Assembly: GCA_963718615.1 (NCBI GenBank)
Contig: OY970368.1
Span: forward strand, 3,392,001 to 3,456,000
DNA length: 64,000 bases
Direction: 5' to 3'
DNA from: an uncultured cyanobacterium
GTDB lineage: Bacteria; Cyanobacteriota; Cyanobacteriia; PCC-9006; JAAUQQ01
Below, one piece after another: positions 39,612-49,562 of this stretch. A program made the translations under genes and the position numbers. The notes under the pieces were generated by a model. It was not told where the DNA came from. It saw only the letters and a program-made list of their open reading frames with translations, and made no database searches. Each line of letters starts with the position of its first letter. Position 1 is the first letter of the stretch.

Positions 39612-42600
39612 CTAATTTAAACTGCGGGTTTCGATCTGCTCTTCGGCTTGGAGGGCGATCGCCCGCAGTTTTTCTATGAGTTCCCCATCCGGGTTTTTCC
39701 ACAGCCCCCGCTGACCCGCTTCAAGCAAGCGCTCGGCCATATCCCGCAAGGCCCAGGGATTATGTTGCTGGACAAAGGCTTGAACCGTTGGATCGAGGAG
39801 ATAGGTCTGGGCCACGCCTGCGTACATATGGTCTTCGACGCAGTGGGTCGTAGCGTCGTAGGCGAAGAGGTAATCGACAGTAGCAGCCAGTTCAAAGGCT
39901 CCTTTGTAACCGTGGCGCATCACTCCGGTGATCCATTTGGGATTGACGACGCGGGAGCGATAGACTCGGGCAATCTCTTCGGAGAGTGGGCGAACTTTGG
40001 GATTTTCAGGTCGGGCATGATCACCGAAGTAGACCGTAGGATTTTGACCTTGAACCGTGCGCACAGCGGCGGTGAGCCCCCCTTGAAATTGGTAGTAGTC
40101 GTCGGAATCCAGCAGGTCATGTTCGCGATTGTCCTGGTTGTGGAGGACAATTTGCAGGGTTTTGAGGCGCTGCTGGAAGGCTTCTGGGGCGGCGTGGCCT
40201 GGGGAGGCTCCAGAACCAGAACCAGACCCGTAGGCGTAGCTGCTCCAGTTGATGTAGGCCTGGGCGAGGTCGCGATCGCTCTCCCAGTTCTGCGCTTCAA
40301 TCAGTCCTTGCAGTCCGGCTCCATAGGCACCGGGTTTGGAACCGAAGATGCGGTATTGCGATCGCCGCTGGGCCTGGTCCGGGGATAACCCTTGCCCTTG
40401 CCAATCTTGGGTTTCTTGGCGAACGTGAGCGGCCAGGGGATTTTGCTCGGGCGATTCGTCGAGTTGTGCAACGGCGATCACGGCCTGGTCAAATAAATCG
40501 ATCAGATTGGGAAAGGCATCGCGGAAAAACCCGGAAATTCGCAAGGTCACGTCAACCCGAGGACGACCCAAAATTGATAGGGGCAAAATTTCAAAATCGA
40601 CGACGCGACGGGCGGGGCCTTCCCAAACGGGGCGAACGCCGAGGAGCGCAAGGGCTTCAGCCAAATCATCGCCACCGGTTCGCATCGTCGCCGTCCCCCA
40701 TAGCGATAGGCCAAGGGTACGGGGATAGTCGCCCTGGTCCTGGGTGTAGCGTTCGATGACCGCTTCGGCAGCACGGCGGCCCACATCCCAGGCGCTTTCG
40801 GTCGGCAGGGCGCGGGTATCGACGGAATAGAAGTTTCGCCCAGTGGGTAAAACGTCACTACGGCCTCGGGTGGGGGCTCCGGAGGGGCCGCTGGGGATGT
40901 ATTGGCCATCGAGGCCGCGCAGGAGGTTGTGGAGTTCGCGATCGGTTTGGCGGAGGCGGGGGAGGAGGTTGTGGCGAATCCAGGTGAGTTCGCGTTGGGT
41001 TTGGGGACCGGGGGTAGGGCTGTGATGGAGGGATGGGGGGATGGGGTCGGGGGGTGGGGTGTTGGGCGTGGAATTGGGGGTGGGGATGAATGGGTTGACC
41101 CAGGCGATGGCTTGTTGTTCGAGGGCTTCGATGCCATCCCCGAGGGTTCGTAGGGGTCCGTGGATACCTTGGCGGTGTAATTGGCGGTGTAATTGGTCGC
41201 GATCGCCCTCGCTTAAAGGTTTACCCATTTCGGCGGTGAGGGGATCGAACTCTAGGTTCCAATCCAGGGCGATCGCCCGAGTTAATCCCAAGCGGCCTGG
41301 GTCGGGGAGGCGGGCGATGGCGATGGCGAGGTCTCGCAACTGGGGGCCTTCGGGGCATTGGCCAAAAATGTGGAGGCCGTCGCGGATTTGGGCTTCTTTA
41401 AGTTCGCAGAGGTAGGTATCCAGGGGCGGGAGGACGGTGGTTTCAAAAGCGTTGGTTAATGGGGCATGGAGCAGATTGGCGGGTAATTCGATCCCTAGGT
41501 CTGTTTGTAAATGGGCGTCATGGAGGGCGGTGAGGAGGCGATCGCGAATAACGCTGACCCGCTTGGGATCGAGCCGCTGGGCGTCGTAATATTCATCGAC
41601 TAAGCTTTCAATTTGGCTGAGGGGTCCGTAGAGTTCGGCGCGGGTCAGGGGGGGCGTCAGGTGGTCGAGGATGACGGCCTGGGCGCGGCGTTTGGCCTGG
41701 GAGCCTTCGCCGGGGTCGTTGACGATGAAGGGATAGAGGTGGGGCAGGGGGCCAAGGGCAACTTCGGGGTAACAAGCTTCGGAGAGGGCGATGCTTTTGC
41801 CGGGGAGCCATTCCAGGTTGCCGTGTTTGCCGACGTGGACGATGGCCTGGGCTTGAAATTGCGATCGCAACCATCGATAAAACGCCAGGTAGGTATGGGT
41901 TGGCTCTAAGTCGGGCGCATGGTAGTTGAGCGATGGATCCTGGTCGTAGCCCCGCGAAGGCTGAATGCCCACGAAGACCGCGCCCAAATCCAGTCCCACC
42001 ACAGGAAATTGCAGGTCGGTGGGCGATGGTGATTCAACCTGAGGCACTCCCCAGCGCTGTTCAATGCCTTGCCGGACGGCTGCCGGTAATTGCAAAAAAT
42101 AGTCTTTGTAGTCTTCCAAAGACAGGCCTTGGAGGATTGGTCGAATGCCTTGGCCTTCCGGGTCGTTCGTTATTCCCGCCGTTAGCCATTCGATCAGCGC
42201 CTGCCCCGACGGGGGAATTCGCGTCAGCTCGTACCCCGCCGCCTGCATGGCCCGCAGAATGCGCACACAGCTTTCCGGTGTATCCAGGCCGACGCCATTG
42301 GCCAAGCGACCATCGCGGGTGGGGTAGTTGGCCAGAACCAGTGCAATGCGACGCTGGGCGATCGGGGTTTGCCGCAGTTGAACCCAGCGGGCGGCCAGTT
42401 CCGCAACGAAAGCAATGCGATCGCCCACGGGCTCATAGGACACCACCTCCGTTTCCAGCCGCTCATCCCGTGCCTGCACCGCCTTAAAGGAAATGGCCCG
42501 CGTAATAATCCGTCCATCGACCTCCGGCAGCGCCACATTCATTGCCATGTCCGCCGGGGAAAGACCCTGCCAGCCCGACCGCCAGCGCTCTTCGGTGCCA

Positions 42601-43544
42601 CCGCTGCAAATGGCTTGGAGAACGGGGACATTGAGCGATCGCCAAAATGAATGCTCCGAATCCGCAAACGTTTGCGCCGAATCGATCGCAAACCCCGTTG
42701 TATTGATCAAAACCTGAATATCAGCCCCAGCCTTGCCCAACCGTGCCAACACTTCAGCTTGAATGGCTGCTTCCCGTAATGACGAAATATAAAGGGGCAA
42801 GGGGTGGAGACCTTGCTGGGCGATCGCCTTACACAGCGCATCAATGGGAGCCGTATTACCCGCTAAATAGTGCGCCCGGTAAAACAGGATTCCGACCGTG
42901 GCTGGGGTTTGGGCGGTGGGGGCGGCAGAGGTGGGGGCGGCAGAGGCGGCAGAGGCGGGAGAGACAGAGACGGAGACGGAGACACCTGTTCCTTGCCAGT
43001 CGTAGGCTCCGACAGCGGGGACGGGGGTGGGGGGGTGGGGGCGTTCTAAGCGATTAAAAAATTGTTGACCCAGGAAGAGAAAGCCTTGGTGCAGATTGGC
43101 TAGGCCCCCCTCGCAGCAATAGCGCCAGAAGCGATTGGCGATCGCCAAGGGAACCGTTGAACGGCTGATCAGGTCTGGGTCCGGGCGATCGTCCCCCGGT
43201 AGCAGTAAGAGCTGGATGCCCTGATCCGCTGCCAGGTTCTGCACCACTTCTAAACCGTAGGACCAATAGGACTGTCCCCCCAACAAGCGGACAATGATCA
43301 CTTGGGCCTGACTCAGCACGTCTTCGGCATAGGTATCAACCGTCAACTGCTGCTGGAGCTGCAGTAAATTCGCCGCTCGCACTGCCGGAAAATTCTCGGG
43401 CAACACCCCACAGACCCGCGAGAGGGTTTGGATTTCCGTGTCCGCTGCGGTCAAAAAGACAATGGGAGCCGGGGCTTGCTCCACAAAAATCACCCCCTCG
43501 GTATCCGGTGTCCAACCACCGGGTGTGGCCGCAAGACGATGCAT
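39612..43544 (-). CDS. cobN: Cobaltochelatase subunit CobN
   Basis: MHRLAATPGGW, ALPEVDGRI, HVGKHGNLEWLPGK, LPTGRNFY, GRPRVDV, RISGFFRDAF. Confidence 0.97.
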   Translation of the reverse strand: MHRLAATPGGWTPDTEGVIFVEQAPAPIVFLTAADTEIQTLSRVCGVLPENFPAVRAANLLQLQQQLTVDTYAEDVLSQAQVIIVRLLGGQSYWSYGLEVVQNLAADQGIQLLLLPGDDRPDPDLISRSTVPLAIANRFWRYCCEGGLANLHQGFLFLGQQFFNRLERPHPPTPVPAVGAYDWQGTGVSVSVSVSPASAASAAPTSAAPTAQTPATVGILFYRAHYLAGNTAPIDALCKAIAQQGLHPLPLYISSLREAAIQAEVLARLGKAGADIQVLINTTGFAIDSAQTFADSEHSFWRSLNVPVLQAICSGGTEERWRSGWQGLSPADMAMNVALPEVDGRIITRAISFKAVQARDERLETEVVSYEPVGDRIAFVAELAARWVQLRQTPIAQRRIALVLANYPTRDGRLANGVGLDTPESCVRILRAMQAAGYELTRIPPSGQALIEWLTAGITNDPEGQGIRPILQGLSLEDYKDYFLQLPAAVRQGIEQRWGVPQVESPSPTDLQFPVVGLDLGAVFVGIQPSRGYDQDPSLNYHAPDLEPTHTYLAFYRWLRSQFQAQAIVHVGKHGNLEWLPGKSIALSEACYPEVALGPLPHLYPFIVNDPGEGSQAKRRAQAVILDHLTPPLTRAELYGPLSQIESLVDEYYDAQRLDPKRVSVIRDRLLTALHDAHLQTDLGIELPANLLHAPLTNAFETTVLPPLDTYLCELKEAQIRDGLHIFGQCPEGPQLRDLAIAIARLPDPGRLGLTRAIALDWNLEFDPLTAEMGKPLSEGDRDQLHRQLHRQGIHGPLRTLGDGIEALEQQAIAWVNPFIPTPNSTPNTPPPDPIPPSLHHSPTPGPQTQRELTWIRHNLLPRLRQTDRELHNLLRGLDGQYIPSGPSGAPTRGRSDVLPTGRNFYSVDTRALPTESAWDVGRRAAEAVIERYTQDQGDYPRTLGLSLWGTATMRTGGDDLAEALALLGVRPVWEGPARRVVDFEILPLSILGRPRVDVTLRISGFFRDAFPNLIDLFDQAVIAVAQLDESPEQNPLAAHVRQETQDWQGQGLSPDQAQRRSQYRIFGSKPGAYGAGLQGLIEAQNWESDRDLAQAYINWSSYAYGSGSGSGASPGHAAPEAFQQRLKTLQIVLHNQDNREHDLLDSDDYYQFQGGLTAAVRTVQGQNPTVYFGDHARPENPKVRPLSEEIARVYRSRVVNPKWITGVMRHGYKGAFELAATVDYLFAYDATTHCVEDHMYAGVAQTYLLDPTVQAFVQQHNPWALRDMAERLLEAGQRGLWKNPDGELIEKLRAIALQAEEQIETRSLN

Positions 43545-43792
43545 CTTAAATCCTCAATAACCCTCAATCGCCTTCAATAACCCTGGGTAGGCCGATCTAA
43601 TCCCTGCCAGCTTACCAACATCGAAGTCGGGGCATCCGGTTTACAAAAAAATAACCTTGTTGTTAGAAGGAGTGAGTTCCTAGGAACCGATTAAGATGGA
43701 AAAACCATGGCAAACGCCCAGAAAGTTTGGCATTCTGGCCCGTAGCCTCGCTCCCTTGGCTTTATTCGGCTGTTTCAGGCTATTGCTGCCCC

Positions 43793-45397
43793 ATGCAGGA
43801 TTCAGAGGTGGTTCATTCGCGAGAGTTTTCAATTCATACCTATCGCTGTTTAGAGGCTACCTTGCTGCGATGGTCGGAGGAACGTGCAGAGGCATTGCTC
43901 ATCCGGCCAGGGTCTTTGCATCAAACTGCTAGCACAACCCAAGCCCACAATTCCCAGGCCCACAATTCCCAGGCCCAAACCTTTTGCCTCTTTCTCTCCC
44001 CTCAGTTTAATTGCCTGCTCCAGCAATCGTCCTATCTAGAGCCAGGGCTTGGCGTCAATTTTCAACCCGATGTGATTCGCCGGTTTGCAGAAGGGTTGTT
44101 CAACCTAGACTTTGTTGAACCTGACCTCCTCAAACGCTTACGGGTCAAGCTTGAACAGGTTTGGCCGCCAAACGATGCGGATGATCACAGCCAATTTTTG
44201 CTCGCGGCCTTCCAACCGCCAGAATCAAGACCGCTCCGCCAAACGGAATTGTTGCCCGAACTCCAAGAAGCTTGGGATGCAGTGCGTACGGCTGAACGGG
44301 CGAAGGAAGAGTTTATGGCATTGATGAGTCATGAACTGCGGACGCCGCTGACCTGTGTAATTGGTATGTCTGCAACGATGCTGCGCTGGTCCTTTGGTCC
44401 GCTGAGCGATCGCCAACGGAATTGTCTGCAAACCATTCACGACAGCGGCAATCACCTCATGCAAATTATCGACAGCATTTTAGAGCTGTCCCAAGCCGCT
44501 TCGGGAAAAACGGCACTCAATATCCACCCCCTCTCCCTGCGCCACACCATTAAGTATTGTGTTCAGCTCTTTCAGGAAACTGCCTTTGAACGGGGCATTG
44601 AGCTGCGAACCTCCAGCAGCCTGGTGACGCCAGAAGATGATGTCTTTATTGGGGATGTTCAGCGACTGCGCCAAATTTTGATTAATTTGCTCGATAACGC
44701 GATTAAATTTACCGAGATTGGCGGCACCGTACGAGTGCGGATCAGCCGCGAGGACCGAGCCCTCTTGCTCCGGGTGGAAGATACAGGTATTGGGATTGAT
44801 CAGCGCGATCGCGATCGCCTCTTCCAAACCTTCCAGCAGCTCGAAGCCTCCCATCGCCGACGGTTTGGCGGTACAGGGCTGGGACTTGCCCTCACCAAGC
44901 AGTTGGTGGATTTACATGGGGGCAAAATCGAAATTGAATCCAACCCTGGCCAAGGCTCACGCTTTGTGGTTTGGTTGCCCGAACAAGCCATTCCCCCCCG
45001 GCCCCACAAAGCTCCGATCCCCCAGGGGGAGGTGGTTTTGCTCGAAGAAGATGAGTCTTCGGCAACGCTGATTTGCGAGTTGCTGACGGCGGCGGGCTAC
45101 AAGGTGTTTTGGCTGGTCGACAGCTCGACGGCCCTAGAGCAGATTCAGATGCTGCATCCCGTCGCGGTCATTGTGAATCTTCAGTTTCAAGGGAGCAGCG
45201 GTGAAGAGTTGGTGCGCCATGTCCGCCAGATTGCTTTAGCTCCAATACCCCGCATCATCGGCCTCTTGCCCCGAGAGGTGGTTGGAATTTCTGCGGCCAC
45301 AGTGCCAGAGCCGGGGGGGGTAGATGCCTATGTGTTTACGCCCTTCCATCCCGAGGAATTGGTCGCGCAACTGGACCCCTTTGAGCGAGAATCCTGA
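43793..45397 (+). CDS. cikA: CikA-like histidine kinase + pseudo-receiver, lacking the GAF domain
   Basis: MSHELRTPLTCVIGMSATMLRWSFGPL H-box and EEDESSATLICELLTAAGYKVFWLVD pseudo-receiver (Asn at the acceptor position) are CikA signatures as I recall them. Start set at the ATG at 43793. Confidence 0.75.
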   Translation: MQDSEVVHSREFSIHTYRCLEATLLRWSEERAEALLIRPGSLHQTASTTQAHNSQAHNSQAQTFCLFLSPQFNCLLQQSSYLEPGLGVNFQPDVIRRFAEGLFNLDFVEPDLLKRLRVKLEQVWPPNDADDHSQFLLAAFQPPESRPLRQTELLPELQEAWDAVRTAERAKEEFMALMSHELRTPLTCVIGMSATMLRWSFGPLSDRQRNCLQTIHDSGNHLMQIIDSILELSQAASGKTALNIHPLSLRHTIKYCVQLFQETAFERGIELRTSSSLVTPEDDVFIGDVQRLRQILINLLDNAIKFTEIGGTVRVRISREDRALLLRVEDTGIGIDQRDRDRLFQTFQQLEASHRRRFGGTGLGLALTKQLVDLHGGKIEIESNPGQGSRFVVWLPEQAIPPRPHKAPIPQGEVVLLEEDESSATLICELLTAAGYKVFWLVDSSTALEQIQMLHPVAVIVNLQFQGSSGEELVRHVRQIALAPIPRIIGLLPREVVGISAATVPEPGGVDAYVFTPFHPEELVAQLDPFERES

Positions 45398-45418
45398 TCG
45401 CCCTTCCCGCTCGTGATT

Positions 45419-46171
45419 ATGACTTTTCTCTTAACCAATGATGATGGCATCGATGCGCCGGGGCTGGCGGCACTGGCTGAGCTCATGGCTGATTTGCCCC
45501 ATTGGATTGTGGCTCCCCGCCATCCCCATTCTGGCTGTGGACATCAGGTCACGACCCAGCGCCCCCTGTCGCTCGAAGTCTTTGGATCTCGCCGCTACGC
45601 CGTTCATGGCACCCCCGCCGACTGTACGCGGTTGGCGATCGCCCAACTCTGCCCCGAAGCGCCCCACTGGGTTCTGTCGGGCATTAATCCGGGGGGCAAT
45701 CTTGGCGTCGATGTCTATACCTCTGGAACCGTAGCCGCCGTCCGCGAAGCGGCCTATCAAGGGATTCCTGGCATTGCCCTTTCCCAATATCTCCAGGGAC
45801 GTCAGCCGCTCAACTGGACGATTACCCAAGCCTGGGCCGGCAAAGTCATGGCCCATCTGCTCAAGCATCCGCCGGAACCGGGCCATTTCTGGAATGTTAA
45901 TTTGCCCTGGCCCGGACCGGATGCCACCGTCGAAGCGCTCCCGGACCTGGTGTTTTGTAAACCCTCACGGGATCCGCTGCCGTTGGTCTATCAGCGCCAG
46001 GGGTCAGAGGGTGGTCTGGCTCATCGCTCGGATGATGGCTCGGATGATGGCTTAGACTCCCTAACGGAGTTTGTGTATGTTGGTCGGTACGGCGATCGCC
46101 CCGCTGCCCCCGGTACTGATGTGGCGGTTTGTTTTAGCGGAGCCATTGCGATCACGCACCTCTCTTCCTAG
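45419..46171 (+). CDS. surE: 5'/3'-nucleotidase SurE
   Basis: LLTNDDGIDAPG, GTPADC, SGINPGGNLG, SGTVAA. Confidence 0.95.
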   Translation: MTFLLTNDDGIDAPGLAALAELMADLPHWIVAPRHPHSGCGHQVTTQRPLSLEVFGSRRYAVHGTPADCTRLAIAQLCPEAPHWVLSGINPGGNLGVDVYTSGTVAAVREAAYQGIPGIALSQYLQGRQPLNWTITQAWAGKVMAHLLKHPPEPGHFWNVNLPWPGPDATVEALPDLVFCKPSRDPLPLVYQRQGSEGGLAHRSDDGSDDGLDSLTEFVYVGRYGDRPAAPGTDVAVCFSGAIAITHLSS

Positions 46172-46246
46172 GATGAGAAAGGTTCTCGAACGGACCGAAA
46201 AACCATTACAACCATTACAACACCATCACAAGGGGCGAGATTGAGT

Positions 46247-47179
46247 ATGCGCATTTTGGTCATGGGCGGCACGCGCTTCATTGGCGTCTTTCTCACCCGG
46301 TTGCTACTGGAACAGGGTCATGAGGTGGTGTTATTTAATCGGGGCAATCGTGAAGCTCCGGCGGGTGTGGCGCAGATTCGGGGCGATCGCCAAGACCCCG
46401 AGCAGCTCAAAACCGCCCTTGCGGGTCAGTCCTTTGATGTCATTTTTGACAACAATGGTCGTGAACGGAGCGATACCCAGCCCCTGGTTGAGCTTTGTCA
46501 AGACAGCCTGCAGCAGCTAATCTACGTCAGTTCGGCTGGGGTTTATCAAAAATCCGATGAACTGCCCCTGCGGGAAACGGACCCCGTTGATCCCAAAAGT
46601 CGTCATCGCGGCAAATTTGAAACGGAAGCTTATCTACAGGAACAAAAAGTCCCGTTCACGGCCTTTCGCCCGGTTTATATCTATGGGCCACAAAATTACA
46701 ACCCCTTAGAAGCCTGGTTTTTTGACCGGATTGTTCATCAACGGCCCGTTCCCATTCCGGGCAACGGCTTGCATATTACCCAGCTCGGTCATGTGCAAGA
46801 TCTGGCGGCTGCCATGGTCGCGGCACTGGGAAATGAACAGGCCAAGGGACAGATTTATAATTTGGCGGGCGATCGCTACGTCACCTTTGATGGATTGGCG
46901 CGAGCCTGCGCGATCGCCGCAGGCCAATCCCCGGACTCTCTAGATATTGTTCATTACGAGCCAAAAGCCTTTGACTTTGGCAAACGCAAAGCCTTTCCCT
47001 TGCGTCTTCAGCATTTCTTCGCCGATATCCACAAAGCACAAACCGAACTGCACTGGTCGCCCCAATATAGTCTGATTGAGGGCCTGAAAGATTCTTTTCA
47101 AAATGACTACCAGCGGCAAGCCAACCCTAGCCACGAAATTGACTTTTCTCTTGATGATCAAATTTTGCAAGCCGTGTAA
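46247..47179 (+). CDS. NAD-dependent epimerase/dehydratase family protein (CSP41b-like)
   Basis: GGTRFIG, DNNGRE, SSAGVY, DPKSRH.GK, RPVYIYGP.NYNPLE.WFF. Confidence 0.9.
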   Translation: MRILVMGGTRFIGVFLTRLLLEQGHEVVLFNRGNREAPAGVAQIRGDRQDPEQLKTALAGQSFDVIFDNNGRERSDTQPLVELCQDSLQQLIYVSSAGVYQKSDELPLRETDPVDPKSRHRGKFETEAYLQEQKVPFTAFRPVYIYGPQNYNPLEAWFFDRIVHQRPVPIPGNGLHITQLGHVQDLAAAMVAALGNEQAKGQIYNLAGDRYVTFDGLARACAIAAGQSPDSLDIVHYEPKAFDFGKRKAFPLRLQHFFADIHKAQTELHWSPQYSLIEGLKDSFQNDYQRQANPSHEIDFSLDDQILQAV

Positions 47180-47694
47180 GCCTTGAACTCTGGCTTTTTA
47201 GCCTTCTCCGGCTGTAATTGTCCCGAATTCCACTGACTTCCCTGACTCCATCTATTTGGCGGGCATGGGTTTGTCTTTATATTTCCTTTATGGTTTTGCG
47301 ACAAGCTTCATTCTTTCTACATCCAGAAAACCCGTGATTTTACGATTTTTCTAGCGCTAGCTCTATGGATAAATAGGAATGTGTTTAGCGTCCCAGCGTT
47401 AGCCTCTGTATAACCTATTGAGTGAGTCTGCGTCCCCCTTTCCAAGTTTTATCTAATCCTAATCTCTAGCGCCAGAAGCCCTGTCAGATGCGTTAGTTTT
47501 TGGCTGATTCTTATTTCACTAGATATTTAGTGAGAGGGTCAGCTATTTTCACTGAAACTTTACTAAACGACCCAGAACTTCGGCATATCCTTAGGAACAG
47601 GGACTGCAGGCGCTTATTTTGGTCATCAGCTTACTTGATTTCCCTGAGAGCGTGAGGTGCAACTTCTTACTGTTCTGACTCTGGGACGCTTCGT

Positions 47695-48663
47695 ATGACT
47701 CAGGTTTATAAAGGGCTATCTTTTGTTCCGTCCATTTTGTTGGCGGGTTCAGTTTTTGCGATCTTAACGGTTCCGTTGGCAGCCTTTGGGGCTCGTCCAG
47801 TGGAGGTGGAGCTTCAAAACCGCACCGTATTTTCTGGTAGTTTAGAAGAAGTTGCTACTTCCTATCTCGGTACCACTGCGGCGCTCAGCCTTGCTGTCGG
47901 TCTTGCCGGTCATGGCTGGCGGCAGCGTGCTCGGACTAAGGCATCAGGCAAGGCTGTAGCTGATTCTACGGATGAAATGCTGCAACTCCGAGCTAAAGAA
48001 TTAGAAGAAAAACTAACTTTAGATCAGTTGCAGGCGTCAGGCCTCGACTTTTTTTTGGATAATAGCCAGTCTCCCGATGGGTTGGATGCGGTGATCCAGT
48101 CTCAATTATCCCCCTTGCCGCATCATCGTGCGTCCTTCCCGCAGTCTAATCCTTCACCTGGGATTGCTGCTGCCTCTAACCAGGTGGTTTCTGTGCAGGT
48201 CCATGCTACTGGACCTCAGGCTGCAGGACGGGTCATTCCCATGGCTCCGTCTGTAACGCCACCGACGGTTCGGGGGACTGCCAAGGCTCGGATGGCGATG
48301 CCGCATTTGCCTGCCGCACAGACCTATATGAGTTTTGCGCGATCGCCCTTGGGTGAGACGCTCCACTCGGTTCAGGCTAACCGCGATTTGCAAGCAGAGC
48401 TAGAGGCCCTCAAGCAGCTTGAGCAAATGCGCGAACAAATCCGCTCCCTCTCCATCAAGATGGAACAACTCCAAGTCAATCTGAATCGGGGAGGCCCGGA
48501 GGCACCGACGTATCGCCCTTCTGGTCCGCAGCGATTGGTCCCGCTCCGGTCTGTGCCCCAGCCGGTTCCCACCTATACCGTCCGCTCCATGGAAGTAGTG
48601 AGTCTGGAAGGGGGCCTTGCGGCTGATTCGGTCCGGTCTGGACGCCATCCTGCTGCGTCCTAA
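47695..48663 (+). CDS. Hypothetical membrane-anchored protein with coiled coil
   Basis: Two N-terminal hydrophobic segments, ASGLDFFL motif, C-terminal heptad region. Confidence 0.7.
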   Translation: MTQVYKGLSFVPSILLAGSVFAILTVPLAAFGARPVEVELQNRTVFSGSLEEVATSYLGTTAALSLAVGLAGHGWRQRARTKASGKAVADSTDEMLQLRAKELEEKLTLDQLQASGLDFFLDNSQSPDGLDAVIQSQLSPLPHHRASFPQSNPSPGIAAASNQVVSVQVHATGPQAAGRVIPMAPSVTPPTVRGTAKARMAMPHLPAAQTYMSFARSPLGETLHSVQANRDLQAELEALKQLEQMREQIRSLSIKMEQLQVNLNRGGPEAPTYRPSGPQRLVPLRSVPQPVPTYTVRSMEVVSLEGGLAADSVRSGRHPAAS

Positions 48664-48728
48664 TCTGTGCCCCTTGAAGGCAGAGCGGTAAACTAAGTAC
48701 CAACTGTTGTACTTTGTCGGTTTTGCTT

Positions 48729-49460
48729 ATGGATCTGCTGCTTTCTGGGTTTGCTGCTGTGCAGCGCCCGCTCCGATCGCTCCTGAGGGTGGCGATCGCC
48801 TGTTCTGCCGTCTTACTGCTCACATTTGGGAGCCCCTGGCTCTCGCCGGCAACAGCAACCGGAGTGAACGAGATTCCGGCGATCGGTCCTGGGGAAAAGA
48901 CCGGGGTCATTGATCAGTCAGATGTTCTGAGCCGTTTTAATGCGGGTCAACTGAACAGTCGGCTGGACCAAATTCGCGAAAAGACCGGTGCAGACGTTCA
49001 TTTTGTCCTGTTTCGTCGATTGGACTACGGCGATACAATTGAGAGTTTCACGGAAAAACTCTTTGACGCTTGGTTTCCCACGGAAGATGTACAGGCCAAT
49101 CAGGTACTGATTGCGTTTGACACCCTCACCAATCAAATCGCCTTGCGGGCGGGAAACGAGGTGCAGGATCGGCTGACCGCTGAAATCGGCGAAAGCATCA
49201 CCCAAGAAACCATGATGGCCCCGATTCGTAAGGGCGATCGCTACAATCAGTCGCTGTTTGATGCGAGCGATCGTCTGGCTGCCGTTCTGGCCGGCGAAGC
49301 GGATCCGGGTCCTCCGGCGGTAGAAGACGGGATTCGGGTGGAAGGCACCTTTGCGTCAGCGGAAGAAACCCAGGATAGTAACGCCACCGTGATCGTGATT
49401 ATCTTGCTGATCGTAGCGACCGTTGTTCCGATGGTGACTTATTTTGTTTACGTTCGCTAA
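48729..49460 (+). CDS. psb32: Photosystem II repair protein Psb32 (TPM domain); start uncertain
   Basis: RRLDYG.TI..F...LF..WFP, YNQ, L.GE.DPGPP, ATVVPMVTYF. Confidence 0.9.
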   Translation: MDLLLSGFAAVQRPLRSLLRVAIACSAVLLLTFGSPWLSPATATGVNEIPAIGPGEKTGVIDQSDVLSRFNAGQLNSRLDQIREKTGADVHFVLFRRLDYGDTIESFTEKLFDAWFPTEDVQANQVLIAFDTLTNQIALRAGNEVQDRLTAEIGESITQETMMAPIRKGDRYNQSLFDASDRLAAVLAGEADPGPPAVEDGIRVEGTFASAEETQDSNATVIVIILLIVATVVPMVTYFVYVR

Positions 49461-49562
49461 GGGGTGCATCACGAATCCTGCGTTGGGCGTGGAATGCACG
49501 CCCCTATGATTCGCTCGACGTCTTCCTGGTATCACCCTAATATCACCAATATCACTCTGATA

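Noticed and set aside
8554-40388. Long shadow ORFs (8554-9336, 13452-14333, 28513-29448, 39648-40388)
   Set aside because: Antisense or alternative frames of well-supported genes, with no recognisable motifs.
43545-43790. Cobalamin riboswitch upstream of cobN
   Set aside because: No B12-box or GGGAA core seen.
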